From contig OZ024740.1 in assembly GCA_964016885.1 (NCBI GenBank), positions 52,638,001 to 52,702,000 on the forward strand: DNA of 64,000 nucleotides, in the 5' to 3' direction. Every line of letters begins with the position of its first letter. Within the stretch, counting starts at the first letter, position 1. This DNA is from Eledone cirrhosa. Taxonomy: Eukaryota. The notes beneath the pieces were generated by a model. That model was not told where the DNA came from. It did not search any database and worked only from the letters and a program-made list of their open reading frames with translations. A program made the position numbers and the translations under genes. Shown piece by piece: positions 12,861 to 26,638 of the stretch.

Positions 12861-13509
12861 TTATTACATTTTATTGTATTGTAAACATTAACTTTTATGG
12901 AAATTTTATTACAAAATTTCAATTTAGTTCGATTTTTTGGAATTTATTTAACAAACATGGAAAAATAAGAAAAAGAATAAAATAAAAAATAATTTGATTG
13001 CCTTTAATAAAGAAGATAAATAGAGTGGAACTGATTTCCAGGTTATACTAATGAAACAAGGTTTTTTCCATTACTGATATTATCTGTCTGCCGCAAGTCC
13101 TGGTAGAAGATGCTACACGAACTAAAGTATTTTACTGAAGGACGCAACATGCTGCAGGATCGAAGAAACGAGCCCATGACTTTATAATGGTTAGTCCAGT
13201 ACCGTAACCCATAAGGCATGTGCCTTCACAGAGGAAAGGTAAATCATATTATAACAGATTAGATGGGTACTATGTTAAATATTACTATGTGTCATATTAT
13301 ACCAAAGAGGAAGTGTGCTGTATAATAAACATTGATATCAGGTTGATTCAATAACTACCCGGTCCCACATATGAACCCATGAACTTATGGTCGTCAGTCA
13401 AACACTTTAACCATTGTATGTATGTATACACGTATGGATGGATGTATGTATGTGTGTATACATGTATGCATGTATGTATACATGAATATATGTAAGTATG
13501 TATGCGTGT

Positions 13510-15992
13510 ATGAGAACAACTGGAAGGAGTTCAGGAGCTCGGTCTATGAGGTTTCAGCAGAGGTCCTTGGCTTTGTCACAAGAAAACAGGGACTGGTTTG
13601 ATGAGAATGACCAGGAGGTCAAGGCTCTGCTAGACAGAAAACAAAAGGCACTTGATGCAGTTCTTAAAGGTGGTAGCTCTGTTGGTGACAATTATGAGCG
13701 TTACAGACAGGTAAAGAAGGAAGTGCAGGTGAAACTCAGGGCTATGCAAAATACCTGGTGGAGCAACAAAGCAGATGAAGTTCAAGTGGCATCTGACGGC
13801 AACAATGTGAAACTGCCGCACTTTCTACTCACAGAGGTGTATGGCCCTTTCAGCTCTCCAGTGGCCCCTTTGAGATCGAAAGATGGCAAGCAATTACTGC
13901 GCGACCCAAAAGACACTCGACAGATAGAGAGATCACTTTGATGAGCTCTTAAACCAACCATCCCAGGTTGATGATGATTTCATTTCTTCCATTCCTATTG
14001 AACCAGTGAAGCATATGAGATGGTTAATGTATCTCCTCTTGCAGAGGGGACTTCTGTTGTGCATAAGCTGAACTGTGGAAAGTCTCCTGGTATGGATGGT
14101 CTGAGTGGAGCGGTTTTGAAGTGTGGTGGTGAAAACTTCACGCAGCGCCTGACTGACCTCATGAAAATTGTGTGGGAAGATGAGAATGTCCCACAAGAAG
14201 GATGCACTCATGGTGATTCTCCATAAAGGAAAGGACGGCAAGGACAAATGTGGCAATTATCATGTCATATCCCTTCTTTGAGTAGTTGGTAAAGTCGTGT
14301 CGAATATTGATGGATAGATTGATCCCAAGAGTTGCTCTGAATGTGTTGCCTGAGTCGCAGTGTGGGTTCAGAAACGAAAGAGGAACAGTGGATATGATTG
14401 TTTCTGCTCGGCAGCTGCAAGAAAAGTGTATCGACCTGTATGGACCTTTACCAGGTCTTTGTTGACTTGACAAAGGCCTTTGACACTGTCAATCGAACTG
14501 CGTTGTGGGAAAAAAATCCAAGCTAGGGTAGAAGATTCTGCATCTTTTCCATGGTGACATGAAGGCTTTGGTCAGTATTGGTGGTAGCATCTCTGAACTA
14601 ATATCAGTTGAAAATGGAGTGAAGCAGGGGGACATTCCGGCTCCAACTCTGTTTTGCTTATATTTTACGATAGTGTTTCTCATGGCATTCAAATATTGTT
14701 CTCATGGGGTTTACATCAGGTATCGCACTTCAGGAAGGTTGTTCAACATCAGGCGCTTTGGTACAAGCACAAAAGTATTAACATCTATAATCCGAGAGTT
14801 TTTGTATGCAGACGACTGCGATCTTTTTGCACACTCACAAAGTGACATGCAGCATATTATGAACTCTTTTTCTGCAGCTTGCAGCACTTTGGGCGTCACA
14901 ATAAGCTTGGAAAAAACTGTTGTGATGTATCAGCCAGTACCTGGAAACGAGTACACTGCACCAAGTGTGTACGTGTACGGAAAGAGGCTAAAAGTTGCTG
15001 ACAAGTTTGTTTACCTTGGTAGTACATTGAACACTTCATGCACACATGATAATGAAATATCCTTAAGAATCAAGAAAGCCAGTGATGCTTTTGGACGGTG
15101 GCCTCAACGTTTATGGTCCAGACGAGGTATCACTATCGAAACCAAGGTGTGAAAGTGTATCTGACTTGTGTCGTCTCCTCTTTACTTTATGTTTGTGAAA
15201 CGTGGGTCACATACAGAAAGCACCTCAAGGATCTGGACAGATTTCACCAACAATCGCTTCATAAGTTACTTGGGGTGTGGTGGAAAATGTTCACCAGTGA
15301 TTTGGAAGTTCTAGAACGGAGCAGGTGCGTGACTATAGAGAGCATAATCTTTCGGTGTCGGTTGAGGTGGTGCAGTCACGTGGTCCGGATGTCTGATGAT
15401 CGTATTCCAAAGCAACTTCTCTATGGAGAACTGTGTGAAGGAAGATGACCACCACATAAACCAAAAAGGCGGTACCGGGACTGTATCAGGGGCACCTTGG
15501 CTTGTGCTGGAATTTCATCTGACGAATGGCAGAAAATGGCTGACGAGCGTGTGAAGTGGAGACGTTTGATCAAGTCAGGTGGTGAACACTTTGAAACTCG
15601 TCGGAGAGAACACCTAACACTGAAAAGGAAGGTGAGGATTGAGACTGTTCTGAACTGCCTGCTGTTGAACATCATCTGGTTTGCCAGCACTGTGGTCAAG
15701 TCAGCCTGAGCAAAGCTGGTTTGGTTAGACATGAACAAAGTCATATCAGTAGACCTCATGTAGATTATGATCTGAAAAGGTGTAAGAAATGTACAAGCAT
15801 GCGAGGTCTTAAAAGATACATGTGAACATACAGCCAGAACAAAGCAATGGAAGGTTTCGGGGGAGCCTAAAGTTGCCATGTGTGTGCCAGAGGGTGCAAG
15901 TATTTGGCTGGTTTAAAGAGTCACATTTGTGCTTCACATTTTTGAACATTTTATCGGGCGATGGCAATACTTGAACACGAGTTTGCAGCCAT
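13510..15992 (+). mobile_element. 5'-truncated RTE-clade (BovB-like) LINE with C-terminal C2H2 zinc fingers
   Basis: DWFDENDQE, GKSPGMDG, PESQCGFR, FVDLTKAFDTV, GVKQGDIPAPTLF, LYADDC, FVYLGS and RIPKQLLYGEL across several frameshifts. Inserted in a (TATG)n tract. Confidence 0.92.
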
Positions 15993-16809
15993 CATGTAGT
16001 ATGTATGTATGTATGTATGTATGTCGGGTTACTCTTGAGTGCTATTGGTAACATGTAACCCAGTACAACCAGGTGCATGGTCGGGTCGTCGGCGACTAAA
16101 CCGGCAACCCCACCAAGTTTATTTATTGAGGAGGGTGATTTTGGACACCCTGCAGGACAAAAAACAAAACCTGACAAAGGGCGGAAGATCTCATAAGAGT
16201 CAACGGCCATCCAAAAGTGTGTAAATATGTATATACACATGTACATATGTATGTACATGTATATGTGTATATACATGGGTGCATGTGTATGTACATGCGC
16301 GGGGACATAGAAATAATCAGGCTGGACACCCGATCGCGCGGTTAAACCACTGGGAGTGAAGGACCCCTAGCCTTTGTCAGGGCATTCTTCTAGGAGAAGG
16401 CAACTCAGGAAACTGGGATAACTCCGATATAAAACCTGCGGCTCAGTAGTTAACGATGATGTTGATATTTTCTTCTTTTCGGGTTATAGCTACTGTCGCT
16501 CAGAGAGTGGGATTGGCTCAGTGCACAGTCTTTCCTCATTTAAAAAAATATCTTCATGCACAGGCATTGCATGATAGAATTAATTAATAATTATTAATAA
16601 TGGTATATCGTGCAATGGCCATACTCGATAACGAGGGGGCAGCCATCATGTATGCATGCAAGCGTGTATGTGTTTGAGTGTGTGTGTGTGCATATATATG
16701 TGTGTGTGCGTGTGTGTATATATATATATATATATGTGCATGTGGGTGTGTATATATATATCTCCATATACATATTTATTCAGCTGATATAGGTTGGATT
16801 GGTTGGAAT

Positions 16810-17520
16810 ATTCTGACGCGAATTCTTTCTGCTCTGTTAAATCGAAACAAATCTTGACTTTTTATTTGAGGTTTTCTATATAAGAGACCGGGAGACCATG
16901 TTGATACTATGAAGGCCATTTGTCCTAAGCCGCCTGGACTATTGCTCCCAGCTGTGGTCAGCCCATAGTATCAAACTAACCACGGAACTTGAGACAATCC
17001 AACGAAGCTACACCAAGAGGATTGCACGATGAAGGAGATGAGCTACTGGGAGAGGCTAAAAGAACTGAAACTCTACTCCTTGGAACGAAGACGGGAGAGA
17101 TACGCAGTGATATACATATGGAAAATCCTGGAGGGACTAGCGCCAAACTTTGGTATTGAGAGCAGGACCCCCCCCCCCCCGAACAGGACGTCACCGTGTG
17201 GTGACAAAAGTCCTGTCTTCCACATCTAGAACAAGAAGCAGATATTGCAATAGACTGGGGTTCAAAGGCCCTCAACTCTACAATAAACTGCCAAGGGATT
17301 TGAGAGATCTACATGGTGTGGCCGTGGATATTTTCAAGAAACTTCTCGACACCCTGTTTTCCAGGATCCCGGATGAGCCCACATCACGGTACAAAGGTAA
17401 CCTAAGAGCAGCAGCAACAAACTCCCTCGTACATCAATGGCCAGCCAACACAGGCTGGAGATAGAATGTGTAGCAACAAGGGCAGTGCCCAATCATGGTC
17501 TCAGCCGGATGGCTGGAACA
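16810..17520 (+). mobile_element. CR1/L2-type LINE 3' fragment, with an inverted partial copy at 20590-20860
   Basis: SRLDYCSQLWS, SYWERLKELKLYSLERRRERY.VIYIWKILEG, GPQLYNKLP and FKKLLD..F..IPDEP. Confidence 0.85.
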
Positions 17521-17556
17521 GCTAAAAGAGTATATATATATATTTAATATAGAAAT

Positions 17557-17608
17557 GGCTTCAACAGGACTAGAACTGTTTCATTCGGAGGAAATCATCA
17601 GAAAAGCC
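17557..17608 (-). ncRNA. Hammerhead ribozyme motif, same family as 6791-6841
   Basis: Minus strand reads GGCTTTT-CTGATGA-tTTCctccGAAt-GAA-ACAGttctagtcCTGT-T-GAAGCC, followed by (TA)n. Confidence 0.6.
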
Positions 17609-17817
17609 GACTGTCAATGTAATATGGGGAGGGTAGTAAATTGATGCTAAGTAGACAAACACATACACACTGACAGGCACTCCTGATTTTCAAGATTAAT
17701 TTATTCCAAACAAACAAAGGGTTTTCATTGAGTGGCAATATTAAAATGCTCTGCTAAAAGATATAAATATGTGTGTGTGTGTGTGTATATATATATATGT
17801 GTGTGTGTGTGTTTGTG

Positions 17818-17856
<39 letters not shown>

Positions 17857-17889
17857 TTGTGTATATATATATATATGTGTGTGTGTGTT

Positions 17890-17925
<36 letters not shown>

Positions 17926-17928
<3 letters not shown>

Positions 17929-18240
17929 AGGCAACACGGTAAAAACCTCCCAGCCCCACACTGTAAATGTGGTTGGTGTTAGGAAGGGCATCCAGCTGTA
18001 GAAAACCCGCCAGACAGTCCACGCTGTAATGTGGCCGTGTAGGCAACACGGTAAAAACCTCCCAGCCCCACACTGTAAATGTGGTTGGTGTTAGGAAGGG
18101 CATCCAACTGTAGAAAACCCGCCAGACAGTCCTATGCGAGCAAGACAACCACTCTTGCCTCAAGTGGGAAAACCCCCGTCCAAACCCATGCAAGCGTGGA
18201 ACACGGACGCTAAACCTGATGATGATGATGATGATGATGA
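17926..18240 (+). mobile_element. SINE with (GAT)n tail and internal duplication; family also at 10350-10570(-), 19930-20520(+), 44400-44530(-), 57280-57460(+)
   Basis: Shared core GTGGTTGGTGTTAGGAAGGGCATCCAGCTGTAGAAAACC and a (GAT)n tail like that of the PHD-RTE LINEs. Confidence 0.7.
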
Positions 18241-18259
18241 TATATATGTGTGTGTGTGT

Positions 18260-19097
18260 ACAAATTTCAATAATATTAAGACACCCTAATGGGGGTTAAA
18301 CGCCCTATAGTGAAAAGTTTGGCCAATAAATGGAACAAGATTTTACGAACTCCTCCTATGGTTTTGGAGATAGATCCCCATAACCATATATATTCTGAAA
18401 CTACATTGCCCAGGGTACTTGTATAAGTATATTTCATTTTAATCAAAGGGTTCATCGGGGGCACAAAACCGCTGCTGAAACTTTACCTTCGATTTATATG
18501 CAATTTAAACCATAGGGTAAATGACAAGATATGATGCCTATTCACATCATTTCAGCAAATTTCAATAAAATTAGAATACCCTAATGGGGGTTAAACCCCC
18601 TATTAGGGTTCACCAGGGGGCACAAAATCCCCGCTGAAAATTTTTTCGGTTCGATTTTTATGCAATTTAAACCATAGATAAATGAAGAGATATGATGCCT
18701 ATTCACAAAATTTCAATACTATAAGACACCTTAATGGTGGTTAAACCCCCCTATTAGTGTTCCCGGGGGTACAAACCCCCGCTGAAAACTTTTCCCTTTC
18801 GATTTATATGAAACTTAAACCATAGGTAAATGACAAGATATGATGCCTATTCACAAAAGTTTTCAATTGATATTTAAAAAAAAATTATTTACAAGAAACA
18901 AAATAAGAATAAGATTTAATAATGCAATTTTGATTTGATATATTACAAAAAATGATGTTTTCCAATTTTTCATGCATTATATTTTACATTGAGTAATATT
19001 GAGTTTTTCTCCATAAATTATATCACTGATTTAAAATCAATCATTTTCTTACAAAAGAAATGTGTGAAACGCAGCAAGGCGCTGGTAATTCGGCTAG
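18260..19097 (+). mobile_element. Non-autonomous Helitron-like element with three internal tandem units
   Basis: Three copies of AAATTTCAATA..TAAGACACCCTAATGGGGGTTAAACCCCCTAT...GATATGATGCCTATTCAC. The 3' end is GCAGCAAGGCGCTGGTAATTCGG-CTAG|T. Confidence 0.6.
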
Positions 19098-19145
19098 TAT
19101 ATATATATATATATGTGAGTGTGTGTATATATATGTGTGTGTGTG

Positions 19146-19850
19146 TGTGCTCATTATGTAGGGGAGGTGTAGGTAGAAACTCCATCCTCTGCCCTATATG
19201 CAAACTATGGGTACACAAGAGATGTAGTGGGATCTCAGGAAGTTTAGTTAAGAATGTAGGCTTTACATGTAGCAGTTGCACCATGACAGTAAGCAGCAAA
19301 CAATCACTGAAAACAAGTGACATCAAAGTCTGGGAGGACTTGGTAAAAACAATACCGAATTAGCAGCGGAGGGGGGTGTTCTGAAAGAACGGGGTGGAAG
19401 AAGTTGAGGGAGCTACTGCCACAGCTGGATACAAAAGGCTTTTCCCTCAGAATAAAAGGTAGACTGTATGATGTGTGCATATGAACGGCAATGTTGCATG
19501 GTAGTGAGAGCTGGGCGCCGTGTGTAAAAGACTTGCATAGATTAGAAAGGAATGAAGCTTGTATGCTCCGATGGATGTGTAATAGTAATATACGCGAACA
19601 GCAAAGCATAAACAAACTGAAAGAGAAACTAGGCGTAAGAGGAATCAATTGTTGTGTGCAGGAGAGGAGATTATGTTGGTATGGACCTACGATTCGTATG
19701 AAGGATGACAGCTACATAAAGTCCCAGAAAGACTTGAGATGAAGTGATAAAAGCCGACCTTGCCCAATTGCACCTCTGAAAGGCAATGACACAGGACCAA
19801 GATCTCTGGCGTTATGAGGTAATACAGAAACCCCAACTTCCCACGGGCCC
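19146..19850 (+). mobile_element. PHD-type RTE-like LINE 3' fragment
   Basis: CSLCRGGVGRNSILCPICKLWVHKRCSG...CSSC, MLHGSESWA and RLERNEACMLRWMC. Confidence 0.85.
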
Positions 19851-20145
19851 AGGCCAAGGCTGAAACATACATACAGTATGCACCACTCCATCCCACCCAC
19901 CAATATATATCTTTCATGAGAACAGGCCGAAACACTGTAAAGTGGTCATGATGGTGACACGGTAAAAAACACCCAGTCCACACTGTAAAGTAGTCGTGGA
20001 GGAATCACAACAAAAAACACCCAGTACTCATTGTAAATGAGCTTGGCATGAGGAAGGGCATCCAGCTGTAGAAACCAAGCCAAAATCAGTTCTTTATGAG
20101 CAAGGCATGGTCACCTGACCTAAGATAGCCAACAATAGAAGGCAC

Positions 20146-20997
20146 ATGGCTCAGTGGTTAGAGCATTGGGCTTGCAATTGAAAGGTTGTGAGTTTAATTC
20201 TCGGACTGGGTGATGTGTTGTTTCCTTGAGCAAGAGACTTTATTTCACATTGCCCCAGTTTACTCAGCTGTAGAAATGAGATGATAGGACTGGGATCCCT
20301 ATCATTCCACTGCAAAGTGGTCGTGGAGGCGCCACGGCAAAAAAAAAAAACACCCAGCACTCACTGTAAATGAGGTTGGTGTTAGGAAGAGCATCCAGCT
20401 GTAGAAATCAAGACAGAATCAGTTCTCGTATGAGCAAGACAAGGTCAGCCGACCGGACACTGCCAACAACAGGACAACCCATGCTAGCGTAGAAGAACAG
20501 ACATAAAATGATGATGATGAAATATAACAGAGTTTTATAGCTTGCTTGAAGCATTGATGAATAGGAAACACTAATTTAAATTTTGAAAACCACGTTGAGG
20601 GCCTTTGAACCTCAGGCTATTGCAATAGCTGCTCCTGATTCTAGATGTGCAAGACGGGACCTTTGGTACCACACAGTGACGTCCTGTTCGAGAATTGGTC
20701 CAGCTCTCAATGCGAAAGTTTGGTCTTAGTCCCCCCCAGGATTTTCCATATGTATATCATTGCATATCTCTCCCGTGTTCATTCCGAGGAGTAGAGTTTC
20801 AGTTCTTTTAGACTCTCCCAGTAGTTTATCTCCTTCATCATGGCAACCTTCTTGGTGTAGACCCCAGTCCTATCATCTCATTTCTACAGCTGAGTAAACT
20901 GGAGCAATGTGAAATAAAGTGTTTTGCTCAAGGAAACAACACATCACCCGGTGTGAGAATTGAACTCACAACCTTTCGATTGCAAGGCCAATGCTCT
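20146..20997. mobile_element. Inverted pair of tRNA-headed SINEs (20146-20314 +, 20862-20997 -)
   Basis: GGCTCAGTGGTTAGAGCA (A box), then CCTTGAGCAAG...TTACTCAGCTGTAGAAATGAGATGATAGGACTGGG, with its reverse complement about 550 bp downstream. Confidence 0.8.
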
Positions 20998-21589
20998 CAA
21001 TATGTATGTATATATATATATACACATATATATAAACTAATATATACACACACATATATATATATATAGTAATAATAATACATATGAAGACTAAAATCCA
21101 AAGAGGGCTTGATAGGGATAAATATATATCAATTATATAAGAACCGTAGAGCAAATATTTATTAAAATAACAGATTAAAGTTTAAGCAAAGAATCGGCTG
21201 CGTTCACCCTTAATGGGATCTTCTGAAACTAAAAAAAAATCAATCTGTGAACGCAGAAGTAAATATTTCGAAAAACGTTGCAACCGAAGGAAGACAGGAA
21301 GACGATACTTTGGTTCGTGAAGACGTAGTTTTAGATATTTCTTCCTGCTTGGTACGGGTATGTTCTTTCTAGAAATATTCAGATGTTTCTGCATGATGAA
21401 TATAAGTCAATAGAGTACTCAGTCAAGGGAGCCAAATAGTAATAATAATAAATTTGAAGACTAACATCCAAAGAGGGCTCGATAAGGACCATGACCTCTG
21501 GAGTCACACAGTAATACAGAAGACCCGACTTTCCACAGGAACATATAGACAATATTTGTTTTCCTTTGTTTTTTTATGTCCTATGAACT

Positions 21590-24500
21590 AATCCGACCTC
21601 CAAAATGCTTGCAATTGACTATTTTTTTAGCATATTAACAACAAGTATATGATTTCCACTGCAATTAAAAATGACTAGCTTTGTGAATGGTTTTTCCACG
21701 CACTTTCTGCCTTCATATTTCTACAAAGCTAATGATTGACGATAGGTTTCAAAGTTATATTCATTCATAATATGTGAAAAAAATAGTCAACTGCGAGCAT
21801 TGGTGCGATGTAAATGTTATTACAGTGTTCTGTAATAAATTTATCATATGGTGAAGTATATGATGTGGATTGGGGTAGATTAATGTGCTGTGGTGTGCTT
21901 TGTTATAAGTGAGGATTTAAATTTCCACTTTGATTTATGTTTCCATGTCATAATTATTGATAAGTGGAATAAAAATAGTCAATTGAGAGCACCTTTAATG
22001 TCAGATTGGGTGGTAAGCACACACACAAAAAAAGGAAACGGGAAGAAAATGTTTCACACCAAGATCAATAGCTTGGTGTTATGTAGTATGGTGTAACTTG
22101 GTATGGTTTGGTTTGGTTTGGTTTGGTGAAGTTATGAAATTGAACCCAATTGTAAACGATAGATTCCCATGTCATATTCATTGATAATGTGTGGGAAAAT
22201 AATCATTTGCAAGCATCTTTGATGTTAGTTTGAGGTGGTAACCACAAAAAAAAAAGCAGGTAGCAAATTTGTCACATGGTGTGATGTAAATGGTAGGAGT
22301 AGGTGTTCTGTAATAAATTTACCATATAGTGAAGTATGGTTATGGTGTGGATTGGGGTAGATTAATGTGCTGTGGTGTGCTTTGTTATAAGTGAGGATTT
22401 AAATTTCCACTTTGATTTATGTTACAAAAAAAGATTTTCCCTCATTTTTGCATGTGCTATCAACTTCCAAGAAGCTCGCAGTGGACTACGCTTTTAGCAT
22501 ATTTACAAAAACATATGACTTCCGCTTCAATAAAAAATGCCTAGCTTTGTAAATGGTATTTCCACCCACATACTCCCTCTTTTTTCTACAAAGCTAGTCA
22601 TTTTCATCAGGTTTCCATGTCATAACCATTGATAATATGTGCATAAAATAGTAATTTGCGAGCACCATTTATGTCAAATTGGGTGGTAAGCACAAAAAAA
22701 AAAAAAAAAAAATGCCAGATGAAAATTTGTCACACCAAAATCAATATCTTGGTGTGATGTAGTATGGTGTGGTTTGGTGAAGTTTCTACAAAGATAGTCA
22801 TTTTCGACAGGTTTCCATGTCATAATTATTGATAAGTGGAAAAAGAATAGTCAATTGGGAACACCTTTAATGTCAGATTGGGTGGTAAGCACACACACAA
22901 AAAAAAAGGAAGCGGGAAGAAAATGTTTGACACCAAGATCAATAGCTTGGTGTGATGTAGTATGGTGTAACTTGGTATGGTGTGGTTTGGTTAGGTTTCG
23001 TGAAGTTATGAAATGGAAACCAATTGTAAACGATAGATTCCCATGTCATATTCATTGATAATGTGTGGGAAAATAGTCATTTGCAAGCACCTTTGATGTT
23101 AGTTTGAGGTGCCACAAAAAAAAAAAAAGCAGGTAGCAAATTTGTCACATTGATGTCCATACCATGGTGTGATGTAAATGGTAGGAGTAGGTGTTTTGTA
23201 ATAAATTTACCATATAGTGAAGTATGGTTATGGTTTGGGATTGGGGTAGATTAATGTGCTGTGGTGTGCTTTGTTATAAGTGAGGATATAAATTTCCACT
23301 TTGATTTATGTTAGAAAAAATTTTTTCCCTCATTTTTGCATGTGCTATCAACTTCCAACATGCTCGCAGTGGACTATGCTTTTAGCATATTTACAAAAAA
23401 TATGACTTCCGTTGCAATAAAAAATGGCTAGCTTTGTAAATGATATTTCCACCCACATCCTCTCCTTTTCTCTACAAAGCTAATCATTTTCATCAGGTTT
23501 CCATGTCATAACCATTGATAATATGTGCATAAAATAGTAATTTGCGAGTACCTTTTATGTCAAATTGTGTGGTAAGCAAAAAAAAAAAAATGCCAGATGA
23601 AAATTTGTCACACCAAAATCAATATCCTGGTGTGATGTAGTATGGTGTGGTTTGGTGAAGTTTCTACAAAGATAGTCATTTTCGACAGGTTTCCATGTCA
23701 TAATTATTGATAAGTGGAAAAAGAATAGTCAATTGGGAACACCTTTAATGTCAGATTGGGTGGTAAGCACACACACACAAAAAAAAGGAAACGGGAAGAA
23801 AATGTTTCACACCAAGATCAATAGCTTGGTGTTATGTAGTATGGTGTAACCTGGTATGGTGTGGTTTGGTTTGGTTTGGTGAAGTTATGAAATTGAACCC
23901 AATTGTAAACGATAGATTCCCATGTCATATTCATTGATAATGTGTGGGAAAATAGTCATTTGCAAGCACCTTTGATGTTAGTTTGAGGTAGTAACCACAA
24001 AAATAAAAGCAGGTAGCAAATTTGTCACATTGATGTCCATACCATGGTGTGATGTAAATGGTAGGAGTAGGTGTTCTGTAATAAATTTACCATATAGTGA
24101 AGTATGGTTATGGTGTGGATTGGGGTAGATTAATGTACTGTGGTGTGCTTTGTTATAAGTGAGGATTTAAATTTCCACTTTGATTTATGTTACAAAAAAA
24201 TTTGTTCCTTCATTTTTGCATGTGCTATCAACTTCCAAGAAGCTTGCAGTGGACTATGCTTTTAGCATATTAACAAAAAATATGACTTCCGCTGCAATAA
24301 AAAAAGGCTAGCTTTGTAAATGGTATTTCCACCCACATCCTCCCTCTTTTTCTACAAAGCCAGTAATTTTCATCAGGTTTCCATGTCATAACCATTGATA
24401 ATATGTGCATAAAATAGTAATTTGCGAGCACCATTTATGTCAAATTGGGTGGTAAGCACAAAAAAAAAAAAAAAAAATGCCAAATGAAAATTTGTCACAC

Positions 24501-26590
24501 CAAAATCAATAGCTTGGTGTGATGTAGTATGGTGTGGTTTGGTGAAGTTTCTACAAAGATAGTCATTTTCGACAGGTTCCCATGTCATAATTATTGATAA
24601 GTGGAAAAAGAATAGTCAATTGGGAACACCTTTAATGTCAGATTGGGTGGTAAGCACACACACAAAAAAAAGGAAACGGGAAGAAAATGTTTCACACCAA
24701 GATCAATAGCTTGGTGTTATGTAGTATGGTGTAACTTGGTATGGTGTGGTTTGGTTTGGTGAAGTTATGAAATTGAACCCAATTGTAAACGATAGATTCC
24801 CATGTCATATTCATTGATAATGTGTGGGAAAATAGTCATTTGCAAGCACCTTTGATGTTAGTTTGGGTGGTAACCACAAAAAGAAAAAAATAGCAGGTAG
24901 CAAATTTGTCACATTGATGTCCGTACCATGGTGTGATGTAAATGGTAGGAGTAGGTGTTCTGTAATAAATTTACCATATAGTGAAGTATATGGTGTGGAT
25001 TGGGGTAGATTAATGTGCTGTGGTGTGCTTTGTTATAAGTGAGGATTTAAATTTCCACTTTGATTTATATTAGAAAAAAAATGTTTCCTTCAGTTTTTCA
25101 TGTGCTATCAACTTCCAAGAAGCTCGCAGTGGACTATGCTTTTAGCATATTTACAAAAAATATGACTTCCGCTGCAATAAAAAATGCCTAGCTTTGTAAA
25201 TGGTATTTCCACCCACATCCTCCCTCTTTTTTCTACAAAGCTAGTCATTTTCATCAGGTTTCCATGACATAACCATTGATAATATGTGCACCATTTATGT
25301 CAAATTGGGTGGTAAGCACAAAAAAAAAAAAAAAAATGCCAGATGAAAATTTGTCACACCAAAATCAATAGCTTGGTGTGATGTAGTATAGCGTGGTTTG
25401 GTGAAGTTTCTACAAAGATAGTCATTTTCGACAGGTTTCCATGTCATAATCATTGATAAGTGGAAAAAACTAGTCAATTGGGAGCACCTTTAATGTCAGA
25501 TTGGGTGGTAAGCACACACACAAAAAAAAAAAGGAAACGGGAAAAAAATGTTTCACACCAAGATCAATAGCTTGGTGTGATGTAGCATGGTGTAACATGG
25601 TATGGTGTGGTGTGGTTTGGTTTGGTGAAGTTATGAAATGGAAACCAATTCTAAACGATAGATTCCCATGTCATATTCATTGATAATGTGGGAAAATAGT
25701 CATTTGCAAGCACCTTTGATGTTAGTTTGGGTGGTAACCACAAAAAGAAAAAAAAAGCAGGTAGCAAATTTGTCACATTGATGTCCATACCATGGTGTGA
25801 TGTAAATGATAGGAGTAGGTGTTCTGTAATAATATGGTGCTGTTTGATATGGTGTGGTTTGGGGTAGATTAATATGGTGTGGTGTGCTTTGTTATAAGTG
25901 AGGATTTAAATTTCCACTTTGATTTATGTAAGAAAAACATTTTTTCATTCACTTTTGCATCTGCTATCAACTAATACAACTTCCAAGTTGCTCGCAGTGG
26001 ACTATGCTTTTTGCATATTAACAAAAAATATGACTTCCGCTGCAATAAAAAATGACTAGCTTTGTAAATGTTATTTCCACCCACATCCTCCCTCTTTTTT
26101 CTACAAAGCTAGTCATTTTCGACAGTTTTCCATGTCACAATTATTGATAATGTATGCATAAAATAGTAATTTGCAGCACCTTTGATGTCAGATTGGGTGG
26201 TAAGAACACACACAAAAAAAGAAAAAGAAACAGGAAGAAAAATTTTCACACTGAGATCAAAAGCATGGTGTGATGTAGAATGGTGTAGTTTGTTATGGTG
26301 TGGTTTGGATTGTTGTAATTATGAAATGGGAACATATTGCAAATGATAGTTTTCCATGTTATATACATTGATAATGTGTAAAAAAATAGTCATTTGTGAG
26401 CACCTTTGATATCAGATTGGGTGGTAAGCACACATACACACAGAAAAAAAAACAGGAAGAAAAATGTTCTCACTGAGATTAATAGCATGGTGTCATGTAG
26501 TATGGTGTAGTTTGGTATGGTGTAGTTTGATGTAGTTTAATGTGGTATTGTTTTCCAACCTCCAACATGCTCACAGCCGACTATGCTTTT
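21590..26590. repeat. Tandem satellite, ~880-bp higher-order unit x ~5.5, built from ~200-bp related monomers
   Basis: The marker TGCTATCAACT recurs near 22455, 23343, 24223, 25103 and 25962. The sub-motif TTCCATGTCATA..ATTGATAA...GGTGGTAAGCAC recurs about three times per unit. Confidence 0.9.
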
Positions 26591-26638
26591 ACCATCATCA
26601 TCATCATTTTACGTCCACTTTTCCCTGCTTGCAAGGGT

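Noticed and set aside
20146-20220. tRNA gene
   Set aside because: A-box-like head with a degenerate B box running into a dispersed repeat body; it is a SINE.
21590-26590. Regular repeats as a CRISPR-like array or a coding repeat
   Set aside because: The units repeat in full with no unique spacers, the ORFs are short, and the context is eukaryotic.
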